From assembly GCA_951406725.2 (NCBI GenBank), contig OX597826.1:30008001-30072000 (forward strand): a DNA stretch of 64,000 bases, in the 5' to 3' direction. Source of the DNA: Octopus vulgaris (taxonomy: Eukaryota). The notes under the pieces are model-generated. The model searched no databases. It saw only the letters and a program-made list of their open reading frames with translations, and was not told the origin of the DNA. The translations under genes and the position numbers were made by a program. Of the stretch, positions 1 through 12,238 are shown in pieces (within the stretch, counting starts at the first letter, position 1; each line of letters begins with the position of its first letter).

Positions 1-134
1 ATTTGACAACACGCTTTTGTGTCTAAATTAGTGAAAGAAATGCATTTACATACATATTTCAAGTAGTCAACACTGTAATTAATGTACCAACCAATCAACC
101 GGTAAATAACTTCAGATTTACAGTTCGTACCTAC

Positions 135-308
135 CACGAGATATAGCTAACCTATATGGATTACTATATTCTTCATCAGAAATTCTGTTACCCAGATTTA
201 TCTTCACATAGAGTGCTGAGGTATTCACTTGACTTCTTGAAAGAGGAGGTCTGATGTTGAAAGAGTCCCCAGAAACATCACTGACGACGCATTCCAGAGC
301 AGATGTAA
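135..308 (-). CDS. Candidate internal exon of an unidentified host gene (phase 1/phase 1)
   Basis: Unique sequence on the - strand. Acceptor gtttttgtgtgtgtttaag| precedes an open 57-codon frame (TSALECVVSDVSGDSFNIRPPLSRSQVNTSALYVKINLGNRISDEEYSNPYRLAISR-G), followed by donor G|gtaggt. An alternative donor G|gtaaca would end the exon at 192, also in phase 1. No protein family recognised. Confidence 0.4.
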
Positions 309-443
309 CTTAAACACACACAAAAACGTTGGACCATACACATATATACACGCGTATGTGTGGTGTATGTTTGTAATTAAACTCTTTCTCTTTCTCTCTC
401 CCTCTCTCTCTCTGTACACACGCACACACATACACACACACAC

Positions 444-529
<86 letters not shown>

Positions 530-553
530 ATCGTGTTGCTGGATAAAAATGAT

Positions 554-922
<369 letters not shown>

Positions 923-1364
923 ATGTATATATATATACATTTAGCAGAAGCAACAGAGTGACTCAAAAGCCAAGAGTTTCGTGCGTTAGTACTTATCATG
1001 TATAAATATATCTGTGTATGTGTATATACATGCAAAGATACATACATACACATATATACACACATGCATAAATATACTATTTAGTCACAATCCTCTCTTA
1101 TTCTTACCTTCCGGTACCTATGTGTCATGGAAGTACGACCTAACACCTCATCACTACCGTCTTCATCCTTGTCCCCAGCTATTCCCTTCTCTTATACGGG
1201 GTAGCCATGTTATTTCCTCTACAGCTAAAACTTCTTTCAATCTTCCTCTATCATACTTAACCTCTCAACACTCAGCATAAATCTGCGCCCCGTTTATTAA
1301 TCCCCTCTTAGCCGAGGCGGCATTTGTTTTTCGCGTTTCTTTTGTCTTGCCTCTTACTTGGTGA

Positions 1365-1560
1365 CCTCACAAGTGTCGGTGCCATGAACAAAAAGTGCAC
1401 CCAGTAAACTCCGTAAAATGTTTGGTGCTAAGAAGGCTATCCAGCTGCAGGAATCGTGACAAAGAATACATTAGAGATGGACGGCAACCCTCGGACTCTC
1501 TTGAACAGTCTTCCATGCCACTTTGGAAGACGGATGCTAAACAACGATGTTGATCGTACT
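1365..1560 (+). mobile_element. Decayed SINE-like body and 3' end
   Basis: Contains aagaaggctatccagctg...ccatgccactttggaagacggatgctaaacaacgatgttgat, resembling a SINE or LINE 3' end with a (GAT)-like tail. Recognised from memory only. Confidence 0.4.
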
Positions 1561-1700
1561 GATGACATACATGCGTTTGAATGTACGCGTGCATGTATGA
1601 AGATAATATTCTGGAAACGTTAATGAAAAGGATGTAATAAATTCTCTATTTCCTATAAAAACAGAAGGGTCATTGCACTTAGAAAACATAAAAATACTGC

Positions 1701-1732
<32 letters not shown>

Positions 1733-1911
1733 TAAGATGAGAAGGAATATAAACGCTTCAATCACATGCGGAAAGATATAATCTGAAAATAGCCGAAGAA
1801 AGTAGTGTATTATAGATCGAGTTGGCATGCAAGTGAGGTTCAGACAGTCGTTACATATAATCGATATGAATATTCAATAGTGAAATATATAGCCGTGAGA
1901 GAGTTCATCCG

Positions 1912-1987
<76 letters not shown>

Positions 1988-2099
1988 CATATATATATAT
2001 ATATATACATGCGAATGTGTATGTGACTGTCTATGTTCTGTTTTAGTCTATAATTAATATATCTATTACATACAAATGCACAGTAAGCAACTTCTTCCC

Positions 2100-2159
<60 letters not shown>

Positions 2160-2821
2160 GTGTGTCTCTGTGTGTGTGTGTATGTGTGTCTGCGTGTATG
2201 AATACACACACATAAACATACTCACACAGACATACACACACACACAAAATATATACGGACGAAAATAGTATCAGAAATGCACACACAGACACATAAAATG
2301 TATGTGCGTGTGTGTGTGTGTGTGTGTGTGCGTGTGTGTTTGTGTGTGTGCGTGAGCGCGCGCGCCTGGTGGGGTGTATTACGCAATATAATTATTATAT
2401 AATTTGAATAAATGCATAATTATATACTCTCAGCCCCGATGGCTAAAATATATAAGGTACTTACATACGTGTGTAAGTGTTTGTTTGTTTGTTTGTGCAT
2501 GTGTGTGTTTGTTTGTTTGCGCATGTGTGTGTGTATACATACATGCTTGTGTATATGTATACATAGCTGCATACCTACATACAAACATATATATGTATAT
2601 ATATATATATATGAACATTCATACATATATATATATATATATGTATATACATGCATGCATGTATGTGTGTGTGTGTGTGTGTGTATGCGTATGTATGTGT
2701 TTCTGCATGCTTGTGTTCGTGTGTGTGCGTGTCTGTGTATAGATGGAATAGCAAGCAATCATACTGGAACATATTCATATCCCTATTACAATCTCCAATC
2801 AAATCTTAGAATTAAGCGCTA

Positions 2822-2856
<35 letters not shown>

Positions 2857-3185
2857 GATGGACACACACAGATGCACACATAGACACATATATGTATGTG
2901 TATATATATGCATAAAATAACATATTTGCATATCAATGAATATGTATATATATATATAATAAACGAATATATATGTTATATTAAAAATAAACATATGTAC
3001 ACACACGCACACACAAACATACTTACAGACAGACATATATATTCATATATATTTATATAACATATCATAATCGTTGATACACTCACACACACACTACACA
3101 CCACACACACACTACACACCACACACACACTACACACCACATACACACACACACACTCCCACACACACATACACACACACACACT

Positions 3186-3273
<88 letters not shown>

Positions 3274-4040
3274 GCCACTTCCGTACCGACATGTAGTTTT
3301 GTAGTTTCTTTTTATGTCTACATAAAAACCATGAAAGAATTTATTAAAGACAGTCAACAACAATAGAACTAGCTTTAGTTTTTTTTTCGTCTTTTAATAT
3401 TATCCTAACTGGAATCTAATTCTTGCCGCTGGAAGAGAAGACATTCTTTGTTTCATGCGTTTTCCATGTTATTTTTACGTGAGATTCTTAAATATAAAGA
3501 AAACCATCACGGATTTGAGATTTCTATACGAATGTCTGGAGGTGTTAATAAACGAAGAACTATCTTCGAGTGTTCCTTTGTTATTTTCTTTTTTTGTTTT
3601 TGAATATTTTTGGGTTGTAAATTGTGTTCTATATATTATTCCATAAAAGAAGATAGGGAATGGTGGGAGACAGGGAGAAAGTGAGGCTGGGTGACAGGCG
3701 AACATGTGGCTAAATTTCACGTGAGATTCCTAATTTTATCTTCCTTGAATTACATCCTTGTAAAAATACAAAAAAATATACAGAACAAGGTCCGGATTTT
3801 TGAAAGCAAATGGGAAATGCCGTCAGCAACTGTGGCGGGAATACTATGGTTCTCTGTGCCACGAGTTCAAATTTGGTAATAATTTGTTTTACTTGTTTCC
3901 TTAAGCATCAAAATTATATATATACCCAAATGAAAATGATATTTAATTTACTTAAAATAATTTGTTTGGAAACACGGCCATTCTTTTTATATACTAATAA
4001 ATTTCAACTTCTGGTAAATTGTCTGGACTATTTGTGACAT

Positions 4041-4475
4041 TGCTGTGGGGTTAAGAGGCTCGCTTTGCAACCAAGTTGTTTGGAGTTCAATCCCATAGCA
4101 CCTCACCTTGGACAAGCGTCTTCTATCATAGTCCTCGGCCGACCAAAACTTTTTATGTGAATTTGGTAGACGGAAATTGCGTGAGAGCCCGTCACACACA
4201 CACACACACACACACACAGAGAAAAAGAAAGAGAGGAAGAGAGAGGGGGAGAGAAGAAAGATAAGGAGTTAAAGAAACAGAGAAAAAGGGAGACAGCCGG
4301 TATTAGTTTGTTCACGACCACGTAGTGTAGCGGTTCGGCGAACGAAACCGATAGAACGAAAACCTGATTTTGAAAATATTAAAAGCACTGGAGTTGATTG
4401 TTTTGACGAAACTCTTCAAGTCGGTGCCCCAGCATGGCCACTGTCCAACGACTGAAAGAAGTAAAGAGAAAAGTC
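4041..4475 (+). mobile_element. tRNA-derived SINE family A, full-length degenerate copy (head, internal microsatellite, 3' tail)
   Basis: Head matches 39430 and 43918 (gctgtg..ttaag...ccttggacaagcgtcttctatcatagtcctcggccgacc...tttggtagacggaaa). Internal (CA)n/(GA) stretch. Tail gcggttcggc...gataga...ccagcatggcc...gactgaaa. Confidence 0.8.
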
Positions 4476-4519
4476 AAAAGATTTCACATATATATACGAT
4501 ATATATATATATATATACG

Positions 4520-4655
4520 ATAGGCTTCTTTCAGTTTCCGTCTACCACATCCACTCACAAGGCTTTGCTCGACCCGAGGCTACAGAAGAAGACACTTGGT
4601 CATTGCGGTACGCAGTGGGACTGAACGCAGAACCATGTGATTGGGAAGTAAACTC
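4520..4655 (-). mobile_element. SINE family A head, inverted relative to the 4041 copy
   Basis: ggcttctttcagtttccgtctaccacatccactcacaaggctttgctcgacccgaggctacagaagaagacactt is the reverse complement of the family A head. Confidence 0.8.
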
Positions 4656-4659
4656 CCAA

Positions 4660-4865
4660 ATGGCAGAACCGTTAGCACGCCGGACAAAATGCTTAGCAGT
4701 GTTTCGCCCCATCTCTACGATCTGAGTTCAAATTCTGCTAAAGTCAGCTACACTTTTTATCCTTTCAGGGTCGATAAAATAAGTACCAGCCTAGTATTGA
4801 CGATGATATAATCGATTTCCACTTTTTCAAGAACCGATGTCCCTGTGCCAAAAGTTGAAACCAAT
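4660..4865 (+). mobile_element. SINE family B (tRNA-like head plus Nin/Deu-like central domain)
   Basis: tggcagaaccgttagcacgccggacaaaatgcttagc...tgagttcaaattc...tcctttcagggtcgataaaataagtaccag; same family as 21722. Confidence 0.8.
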
Positions 4866-4869
4866 ATAA

Positions 4870-5040
<171 letters not shown>

Positions 5041-5200
5041 CGAGGGGGTACTGAAAAGTCTAGCTATGGGTGAAAGAAAATACAGTAAGATCAGTTAAAT
5101 ACGATTTTATTCAATACATTCTACTTTCAGAATCACACATATTGCAGCGGTCCTTCAGTTTTTGTAAGCCTTGTAAAAGAACTTTTCACTACCCGCCTTG
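5041..5200. mobile_element. 160-bp mariner-derived MITE
   Basis: TA|cgagggggtactgaaaagt ... acttttcactacccgccttg|TA: imperfect terminal inverted repeats with TA flanks. The interior resembles a mariner transposase 3' end on the - strand. Confidence 0.65.
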
Positions 5201-5867
5201 TATATATCATAAATTTGATACATATATTTTATATATAACACATTATTGTATATACGGTACAGTAGTATATATGATATAAACTAGATAATAATATATATCA
5301 TTATTATATATAGAAGAATTTCATTATAATATTATTATCATTACAATAATTACATATGAGGAAAAATAAGACGTATGAAGCACCACGTGATATGCTTGCG
5401 TTCCGAAATAAGAGCGGTGCAAGTAAACAGGCTTTAACTAATTATGAAAAGCAGGTCGAGGAAAGTTGGTTTACTCTTTATCGATTTTGACACGACGATA
5501 CCGCAAATGTCTTTGGAATGAAATATACTAGCAGAACGATATCGATTTTTCATATGTTATTACCATACTTATAAGTCCGTGTCTTTATTTGCTAACAAAA
5601 TTCTTGAAGTAAAATGTACATGGAGATTAGTACAGAGAATATATATTTATATATATATATAAAAAAAAACAATATATAACATAAAATATAATATATAACG
5701 AGCAGCTGTTTTTTTTTTCTTTTTGATATGATGTGGATAGAGGAAGAAATTTGTTTAAGAAATTTGTATGATTAAATTGTCTGACTCTCATATTTTTAGA
5801 TGAAGCTATTTAAATGTTTTATTTGTCAAATAACATGTACATACATACATATATCTATGTATCTATG

Positions 5868-5930
<63 letters not shown>

Positions 5931-6189
5931 ATATCTATCTATAAACATATGCGCATGCGCGCATATATATTCTATATATAATACATGTCTATACAGAAGC
6001 ACACGCACACACGCAAACGTGCACACCCAAACACACACGCACACACCCAAACACACAAGCACATACACACAGACAAAGTCAGACAGACTGACAGACACGC
6101 TCACACACACACGCACAGACACAGAGACACAGACAGACAGACAGGCTCACACACACACACATGCACAGACACACAGGTATGTACTTAGA

Positions 6190-6342
6190 CGTAGGTGTGT
6201 GTGCTAAGAAGTTTGATTCCAGCCACATTGTTTCGGGCTCAACCGGTTTGCGTAACACCTTGGGATAGTGTCTTCTGCTATAGCTTTTAGGCGACCAAAG
6301 CCTTGCGAGTGGGTTTTGCACACAGAACCCGAAAGAAACCTA
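6190..6342 (+). mobile_element. SINE family A head
   Basis: caccttgggatagtgtcttctgctatagcttttaggcgaccaaagccttgcgagtgg matches the family A head. Confidence 0.7.
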
Positions 6343-6415
6343 TCATATATATATACATATATATATGTGTGTGTATATATATATATGTATAATTATATAT
6401 ATATGTATATATATA

Positions 6416-7279
6416 CAGGGTGCGATGGGAAAATTGTCGCGTGTTATATTTTTAATTTCACGGATGTGCATTGTTTGTTTTTGATTTTGTCCATTACACA
6501 GTATTGTAGGGTCAGTTGGGCACCGCATGTGAGATAAACAGTATGATGACGTAGTTCACTAGGCCAGAAATTTGGAAACGAAATGCTGTGCTGTTTGGAA
6601 TTCACACCAGAAGCTTCAATACGAATAGATGGTGAACACACAGAACAACCTTTGGCTTGCCGTGTCCGCGAAACACGTACCAAGAATAATAAAAATCAAA
6701 CATCCATTCAACATCATGGTGTTTGGAGAGATCGCAAGTGATGACGACGTTATGTCTCCTTTCCTCTTCACACACAGCCTCACACTCAACACGGTGGCCT
6801 ACATCTAATGCGTGGGGGAGGTAGAGCTGCCCTGAGTGAAGAGGGTGGCTGCTGGGAACCCCTATGTCAGGCAACAGGACTCTGCACCGTGCTACACAAG
6901 CAGGGGAACCCAGTCAGAACTGTCAGACATTTCTGCAACTTCATCACCCCTAACATCTGGCCACCTAACTCCCCAGACTGCACCCCCTCCCTTTATTGTT
7001 ATGTGTGGGGCTCAGTTGAGTGAGAGACCAACAAAATTGTTTGTAGCGCTAAAGATGAACCGAAGACAAGGATTATAGCAGCATCCACCAGCTTAAACAA
7101 GGAGACCGTCCAGAATAGTTACTGGAGATTCCGAAGTCATCTGGAGGCCGTGGTTGAAGCCAATGGCGATTTTATTGAATAAATAATTTACTCTTAGTAT
7201 TTCAAGATATTTTTATGAGATGTCTGTGTTATTTCCATTTTTGTGTAATTTAGACGACAATATATTCCCTGCACCCCGC

Positions 7280-7280
<1 letters not shown>
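6416..7280 (+). mobile_element. Internally deleted Tc1/mariner-superfamily transposon, maT/DD37D-like
   Basis: Degenerate TIRs TA|cagggtgcgatgggaaaattgtcg and cgacaatatattccctgcaccccg, within (TA)n. Broken transposase IMVFGEIASDDDVM..., YVRQQDSAPCYTS..., WPPNSPDCTP..YVWGSVE. Reconstructed spacing of about 37 residues between the 2nd and 3rd catalytic positions. Confidence 0.75.
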
Positions 7281-7344
<64 letters not shown>

Positions 7345-7431
7345 TATATATACATACATACATACACGCACAAACACATACACGCGCACACACATACATA
7401 TGTATATACGTACACATATACATATGCATAC

Positions 7432-7478
<47 letters not shown>

Positions 7479-7834
7479 TGTCTCAAATACATTTTCAAAA
7501 CTGCTGTGGCTTTGTTTACGTCCCTGTTCTATCCTGAAGATTGGACAAATGGATCCGTTTGAATGACTACCAGCTTTCAAAACAAAACAAAATGAAAAAA
7601 CAATAAAGAAAAAAGAAGTACTGGGCAAGGGAGTTAATTTCTTCGACTAAACCTATCGTAGTACTGCTCCAGGATGGACGCAGTCCAATGACTAAAAGAA
7701 GTAAAGGATAAGACACACACACACGTGCGAGTGCACACACACATATACATATATATATATATCTATTTATCTCTCTCTCTATATATATATGCATACATGT
7801 ATATGTAATCTATATATATATATGTGTGTGTGTG

Positions 7835-7867
<33 letters not shown>

Positions 7868-7871
7868 ATGC

Positions 7872-7913
<42 letters not shown>

Positions 7914-8189
7914 GCACACACCATATGTATATATGCATATATACGCGTATATGCATTCATTGTACAAATGCATTATGTGTGTATGTGTGTTCAACATATA
8001 CCTACAGATACAATGCTTGAACACATCGTCAGCGTTGTATCCTCGAGTCACTTCTTTATCAAATTAATATGTTGCATAAAGCAGTCATAAATTAAACTAA
8101 CACCGTAATGGATAGCCTAATTTGCATATCTGTGCTATTGACGTGTGAATACAGTACGTGTGAGTCTATGTGTATTGATAAGCGAGTGG

Positions 8190-8208
8190 AGTGGTAGTAA
8201 TAGTAGTG

Positions 8209-8272
<64 letters not shown>

Positions 8273-8281
8273 AGGTAGTAG
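8190..8281. repeat. (TAG)n microsatellite
   Basis: Directly visible. Confidence 0.95.
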
Positions 8282-8429
8282 AATTGTATTCAGGAATGTT
8301 GGTAAATCGTGATTCAATATAATCCCTACCAAAATGTAATTGTGCCATCCTTAGAGATCAGTATTCATGATTTTTAACGACCTGAGATCAAATTCTAACT
8401 GAATAAGTTTTACATTTTATTCCTTCAGG

Positions 8430-8975
8430 TGTCTATAAAAGGAAATACCAGTTATTGTTGTTATTGGTTTTGCTTTTAATGAAAGTTGTTCCAGCCGTGA
8501 CCTTTGTTTCTTTTCATGGGGCATTTTACGTACCAGCACACATTATCCAATATATTTTTCGTTTTTAAAGATAGTAACGCATAATTTGTGACTTGAGTTC
8601 TATTTGGCTGCTGTTTCCTGCAGTCGAGCAACTGTATAAAGGTCTTTTGTCTAAATAAAGTACCAGTAAAATACTGGACAATATTTAATCGACCGTTCTC
8701 TCTAAAATACTGGACAATATTTAATCGACCGTTCTCTCTAAAAAAAAAAAGGCTAAGGCCGTCTATAAAAGTATTTATAGGGGTCTATAAAATGAAACGC
8801 TTGTTGTTATTGTTCCCCTATTTTCATTCTAGCACACATTATGCAGTATGTCTTTCCTCTTTTAAGATAGTAGCGTGTGATTCGAAGGGGTTTTAGCTGC
8901 TATTTACTGCAGGACGAGCAACCATGTAGAGGCATTCCCTTGTTGAGGAGTATAAGTAATCGACCGTTCTCTCAA
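8430..8975. repeat. Two diverged tandem copies of an old interspersed repeat, plus an exact 36-bp tandem duplication (8667-8738)
   Basis: gtctataaaa...ttgttgttattg...agcacacattat...aagatagta...ctgctrttt.ctgcag..cgagcaac occurs twice, and taaaatactggacaatatttaatcgaccgttctctc occurs twice. Related inverted copies near 10950-11100, 52670-52830 and 55710-55900. Confidence 0.6.
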
Positions 8976-9613
8976 ACAAAAGATACAACTGTTTATTAAA
9001 TACGATTGTAAGGAAATAAAAAGAGACAAATACTGAAAATGGCTTTATTAATTTTCACATATTTCTTTTGTAAATTTAATTTTATTTTTATTCACATTTG
9101 TTTATTAAGCAAACGATATGATGAATGATAATATCTTGATACTTATATTTAGATCATTCATGTGTTGTCAGGTGATACTTTCAGCTGATAGAAGTGTCTA
9201 GAAAACCGTCTAGTTATCTGTTTATTTGTCAAGCTGTCTCGCTGTCTGTCTCTCAATCTATTACACTATCTAACTCATTGATATCTTTGTCTATGAACCA
9301 TTTGAATACATAACTGTTTTGTCTGCTTTTCGAAACTTCAGAAACCCCTTGGTAACGCACTGAGACGATCGGACGCGGTTGTTTCCACTCCGATGATTTG
9401 ACACGGCTTAGTGGACATTCAGGCTGTTTGGGTGACTGTACATTTTCGAACTGACGGCAAATATATATGTACACAAACTAGGGTGCACAGAATTATACGC
9501 ATGCAGATAGAATGAGTGTGAGATACAGAGAAAGACTGTTGAGGCATTACACACGCATACAAACATAACTATATTGTACAATATTTGTACAATTGTACGT
9601 TTGTACAATATTC

Positions 9614-9662
<49 letters not shown>

Positions 9663-9851
9663 ACCAGCAAGAGAAAGGGTGAGAAAAAGATAAATATATA
9701 TGTGCATATATGAATATGCATGCATGTATGTATGTATGTATGTATGTATATACAGATAGATAGGTAGAGAGATAGAGATAGAGAGATAAATAGATACAAA
9801 CAGACGCAAACAGACAGGCAGACACAGACACACACAAACACACAGATATAC

Positions 9852-9890
<39 letters not shown>

Positions 9891-9922
9891 CAAACACATA
9901 TATACATACACGCACATATATT

Positions 9923-9964
<42 letters not shown>

Positions 9965-9967
<3 letters not shown>

Positions 9968-10573
9968 CTTAATGTAGGATAAATTTTTTTTCGAAAAAAT
10001 CCTTTTCCCAAAAAAATCTTATCAATGGCCAGCATATTAAAAAATACCTTTAAAGGTTAAATTTATAAACAATTCATAAATAAGGGCAAACGAAAAAATT
10101 TCTAATGCCAAATATGCCGAAAAATTGGACATATTGTCCATTAACCATTAATTTTTTCACACTTCGCACGCTAATCGAAAAAAGGTCGACAGAAATTTCT
10201 AAAAAATTCCATTATTACCATATCGAACCGATTTCAGGTTTAGCTTATAACAGCCCTCCCTTCGTCAGTGATACATGTGGCAAAAGAAATAAATGAGATA
10301 CTTACTCATACCCATGGAAGAAGCAAAACACTAAGTCATGAGCACAATCATTTATTTCTTTTGCCACATGTATCACTGACGAAGGGAGGGCTGTCATAAG
10401 CTAACCCTGAAATCGGTCCCATATGGTAATAATGGATTTTTTTAGAAATTTCTGTCGACCTTTTTTCGATTAGCGTGCGAATTGTGAAAAAATTAATGGT
10501 TAATGGACAATATGTCCAATTTTTCGGCATATTTGGCATTAGAAATTTTTTCGTTTGCCCTTATTTATGAATT
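9965..10573 (-). mobile_element. PLE-type pseudo-LTR fragment with a 226-bp inverted duplication and two hammerhead motifs
   Basis: Arms 10071-10296 and 10348-10573 are near-perfect reverse complements with a 51-bp spacer. The left side extends unpaired to (TA)n, and both ends abut (TA)n. Confidence 0.85.
10370..10425 (+). ncRNA. Minimal type I hammerhead ribozyme motif (mirror copy at 10219-10274, -)
   Basis: gtatca-CTGACGA-AGGG-agggctgtcataagctaa-CCCT-GAAA-tcgg-TC. In the mirror copy the stem I partner gatatg follows. Confidence 0.7.
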
Positions 10574-10653
10574 ATATATATATGTATATATAAATATGTA
10601 GACATATCTATATCTATCTATCTCACTATATATATATATACATATATATTTGT

Positions 10654-10705
<52 letters not shown>

Positions 10706-11608
10706 AACGAGAAAGGTGAAAGCGAGGGAAGGAAAAAGCGGGAATATCATTAAAACGTCTGATGTCAAATAAGACAGTGTCGAATCAGCGACGTCAAATA
10801 GGCAGCACCAACAAGGTGACGTTAACCGTGAATTTGCAGAATTAGAAAAATTAGAATAATGTCATCTCAAATAACAGTCTGCTCGATAAAATATCTAGTA
10901 GTCACAGCAATTGAAAAGCCCTTAATTATTGCTGGCTAACATAACGAAGAGGTCTTTACGCGGCTACTAGATTTACAAAAAATAACAACTAACTGTTCCT
11001 GAAATTGCTACCATATTATCTGAATAAAAGGGAAAACAGTCGTAAAAGACTTCGATACACTATATCCGAATAAAATCGTGTTCGTCACGGCTGGAATGCC
11101 AATAATGCTCAATAATAGCCGGTTTTGACCGAATTAACAACGAACGTTAATTACAGGTATGTGAACTGAAGGTTAAATGCCTTGGTCACTGGGCAAAACA
11201 TCTTGGCGCAAACTGAATACGAATTATCTAAACCTGATATCCTTAAACAACCTCTTATAAATAAGATCATACGCAAAAATCTTGACGTATGGAGCAACGC
11301 GTCTATAGTTTTAATACCAGTTCCATAGACGAGAGAGATCGAGAGGGAAGAGGGAGGGTTGATATCTACATTAAGAGCAGGTGGCGAGGATTTACAACCA
11401 ACCAATTATTCATTACGAGAATTATTTCAAAATTAAAGATGGTGGAATGTTGGCAGGCCATAAGCTAGAAACTTGATGGCTGATAGCTGATGTTAACAAA
11501 GTGACGTGTGGTTATTGGCTAATATATTATTACTTTAGTACTTGGCTAACACGTCTAGCTCTTATGTATCTCATATATATACATATACATACGCACACAT
11601 ACATACAT

Positions 11609-11655
<47 letters not shown>

Positions 11656-11729
11656 CAAGTTCATATAATATACATGTGTGCGCGTGAGAGGGTCTATGTA
11701 TTTCTATAGAGGTTTATATACATATATAA

Positions 11730-11781
<52 letters not shown>

Positions 11782-11859
11782 TGTGCTATCATTATACACA
11801 AACACACACACGCATACACACATAGACCTGCGCGCACGCACATACCCACACATACCTCC

Positions 11860-12129
11860 TTCTCTTGCACTCTCCTATCTCTGAAAGAACTTTTTCTTCA
11901 CCCATTCCCTTCCGGTCATTTCAATATGTGACCGCGTGTGCATCGTTGGCGGTTTTCTTTCTCCGTGTTCCTTTCCTTGGATCTTTCCTTTTTCTATGTT
12001 TCTGACGAAGAGCTCCGCTAGAAACGTTAAATCCTCCTTCTTTGTTTCCTTTCCTAAGCGTCCAATAACACTATACTTGTCCCATGTCCCCGAGTTGTTG
12101 TGTTTTCTCTTTGTTCATGTTTGGATTAA
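11860..12129 (+). mobile_element. Solo 3' end (pLTR) of the Neptune-like family, carrying an HHR
   Basis: Aligns with 17037-17210 (-): ggatctttc...atgttt-CTGACGA-agagctccgct-(a/c)-GAAACGT...ttcct(a/g)agcg...ttgttg...gtttggattaa, then microsatellite. Confidence 0.8.
11997..12032 (+). ncRNA. Minimal type I hammerhead ribozyme motif
   Basis: gttt-CTGACGA-A-GAGC-tcc-GCTA-GAAACG-TT-aaat, with palindromic AACGTT stem III and one mismatch in stem II. Confidence 0.7.
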
Positions 12130-12134
12130 CTATG

Positions 12135-12181
<47 letters not shown>

Positions 12182-12238
12182 ATATACATATATATATATA
12201 TATATGTATATATATGTATATATATGATTATATATATA

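Noticed and set aside
9300-9460. Unique GC-richer block after a pyrimidine tract and AG, as a coding exon
   Set aside because: All three + frames stop shortly after the AG, and no convincing splice pair was found on -.
10105-10539. Two near-identical 63-aa ORFs on opposite strands
   Set aside because: A by-product of the inverted duplication, with no recognisable protein features.
11150-11460. Possible decayed PLE endonuclease tail or exon
   Set aside because: Only vague similarity (DVWSNASIV...GGEDL), interrupted by stops, with no diagnostic motif.
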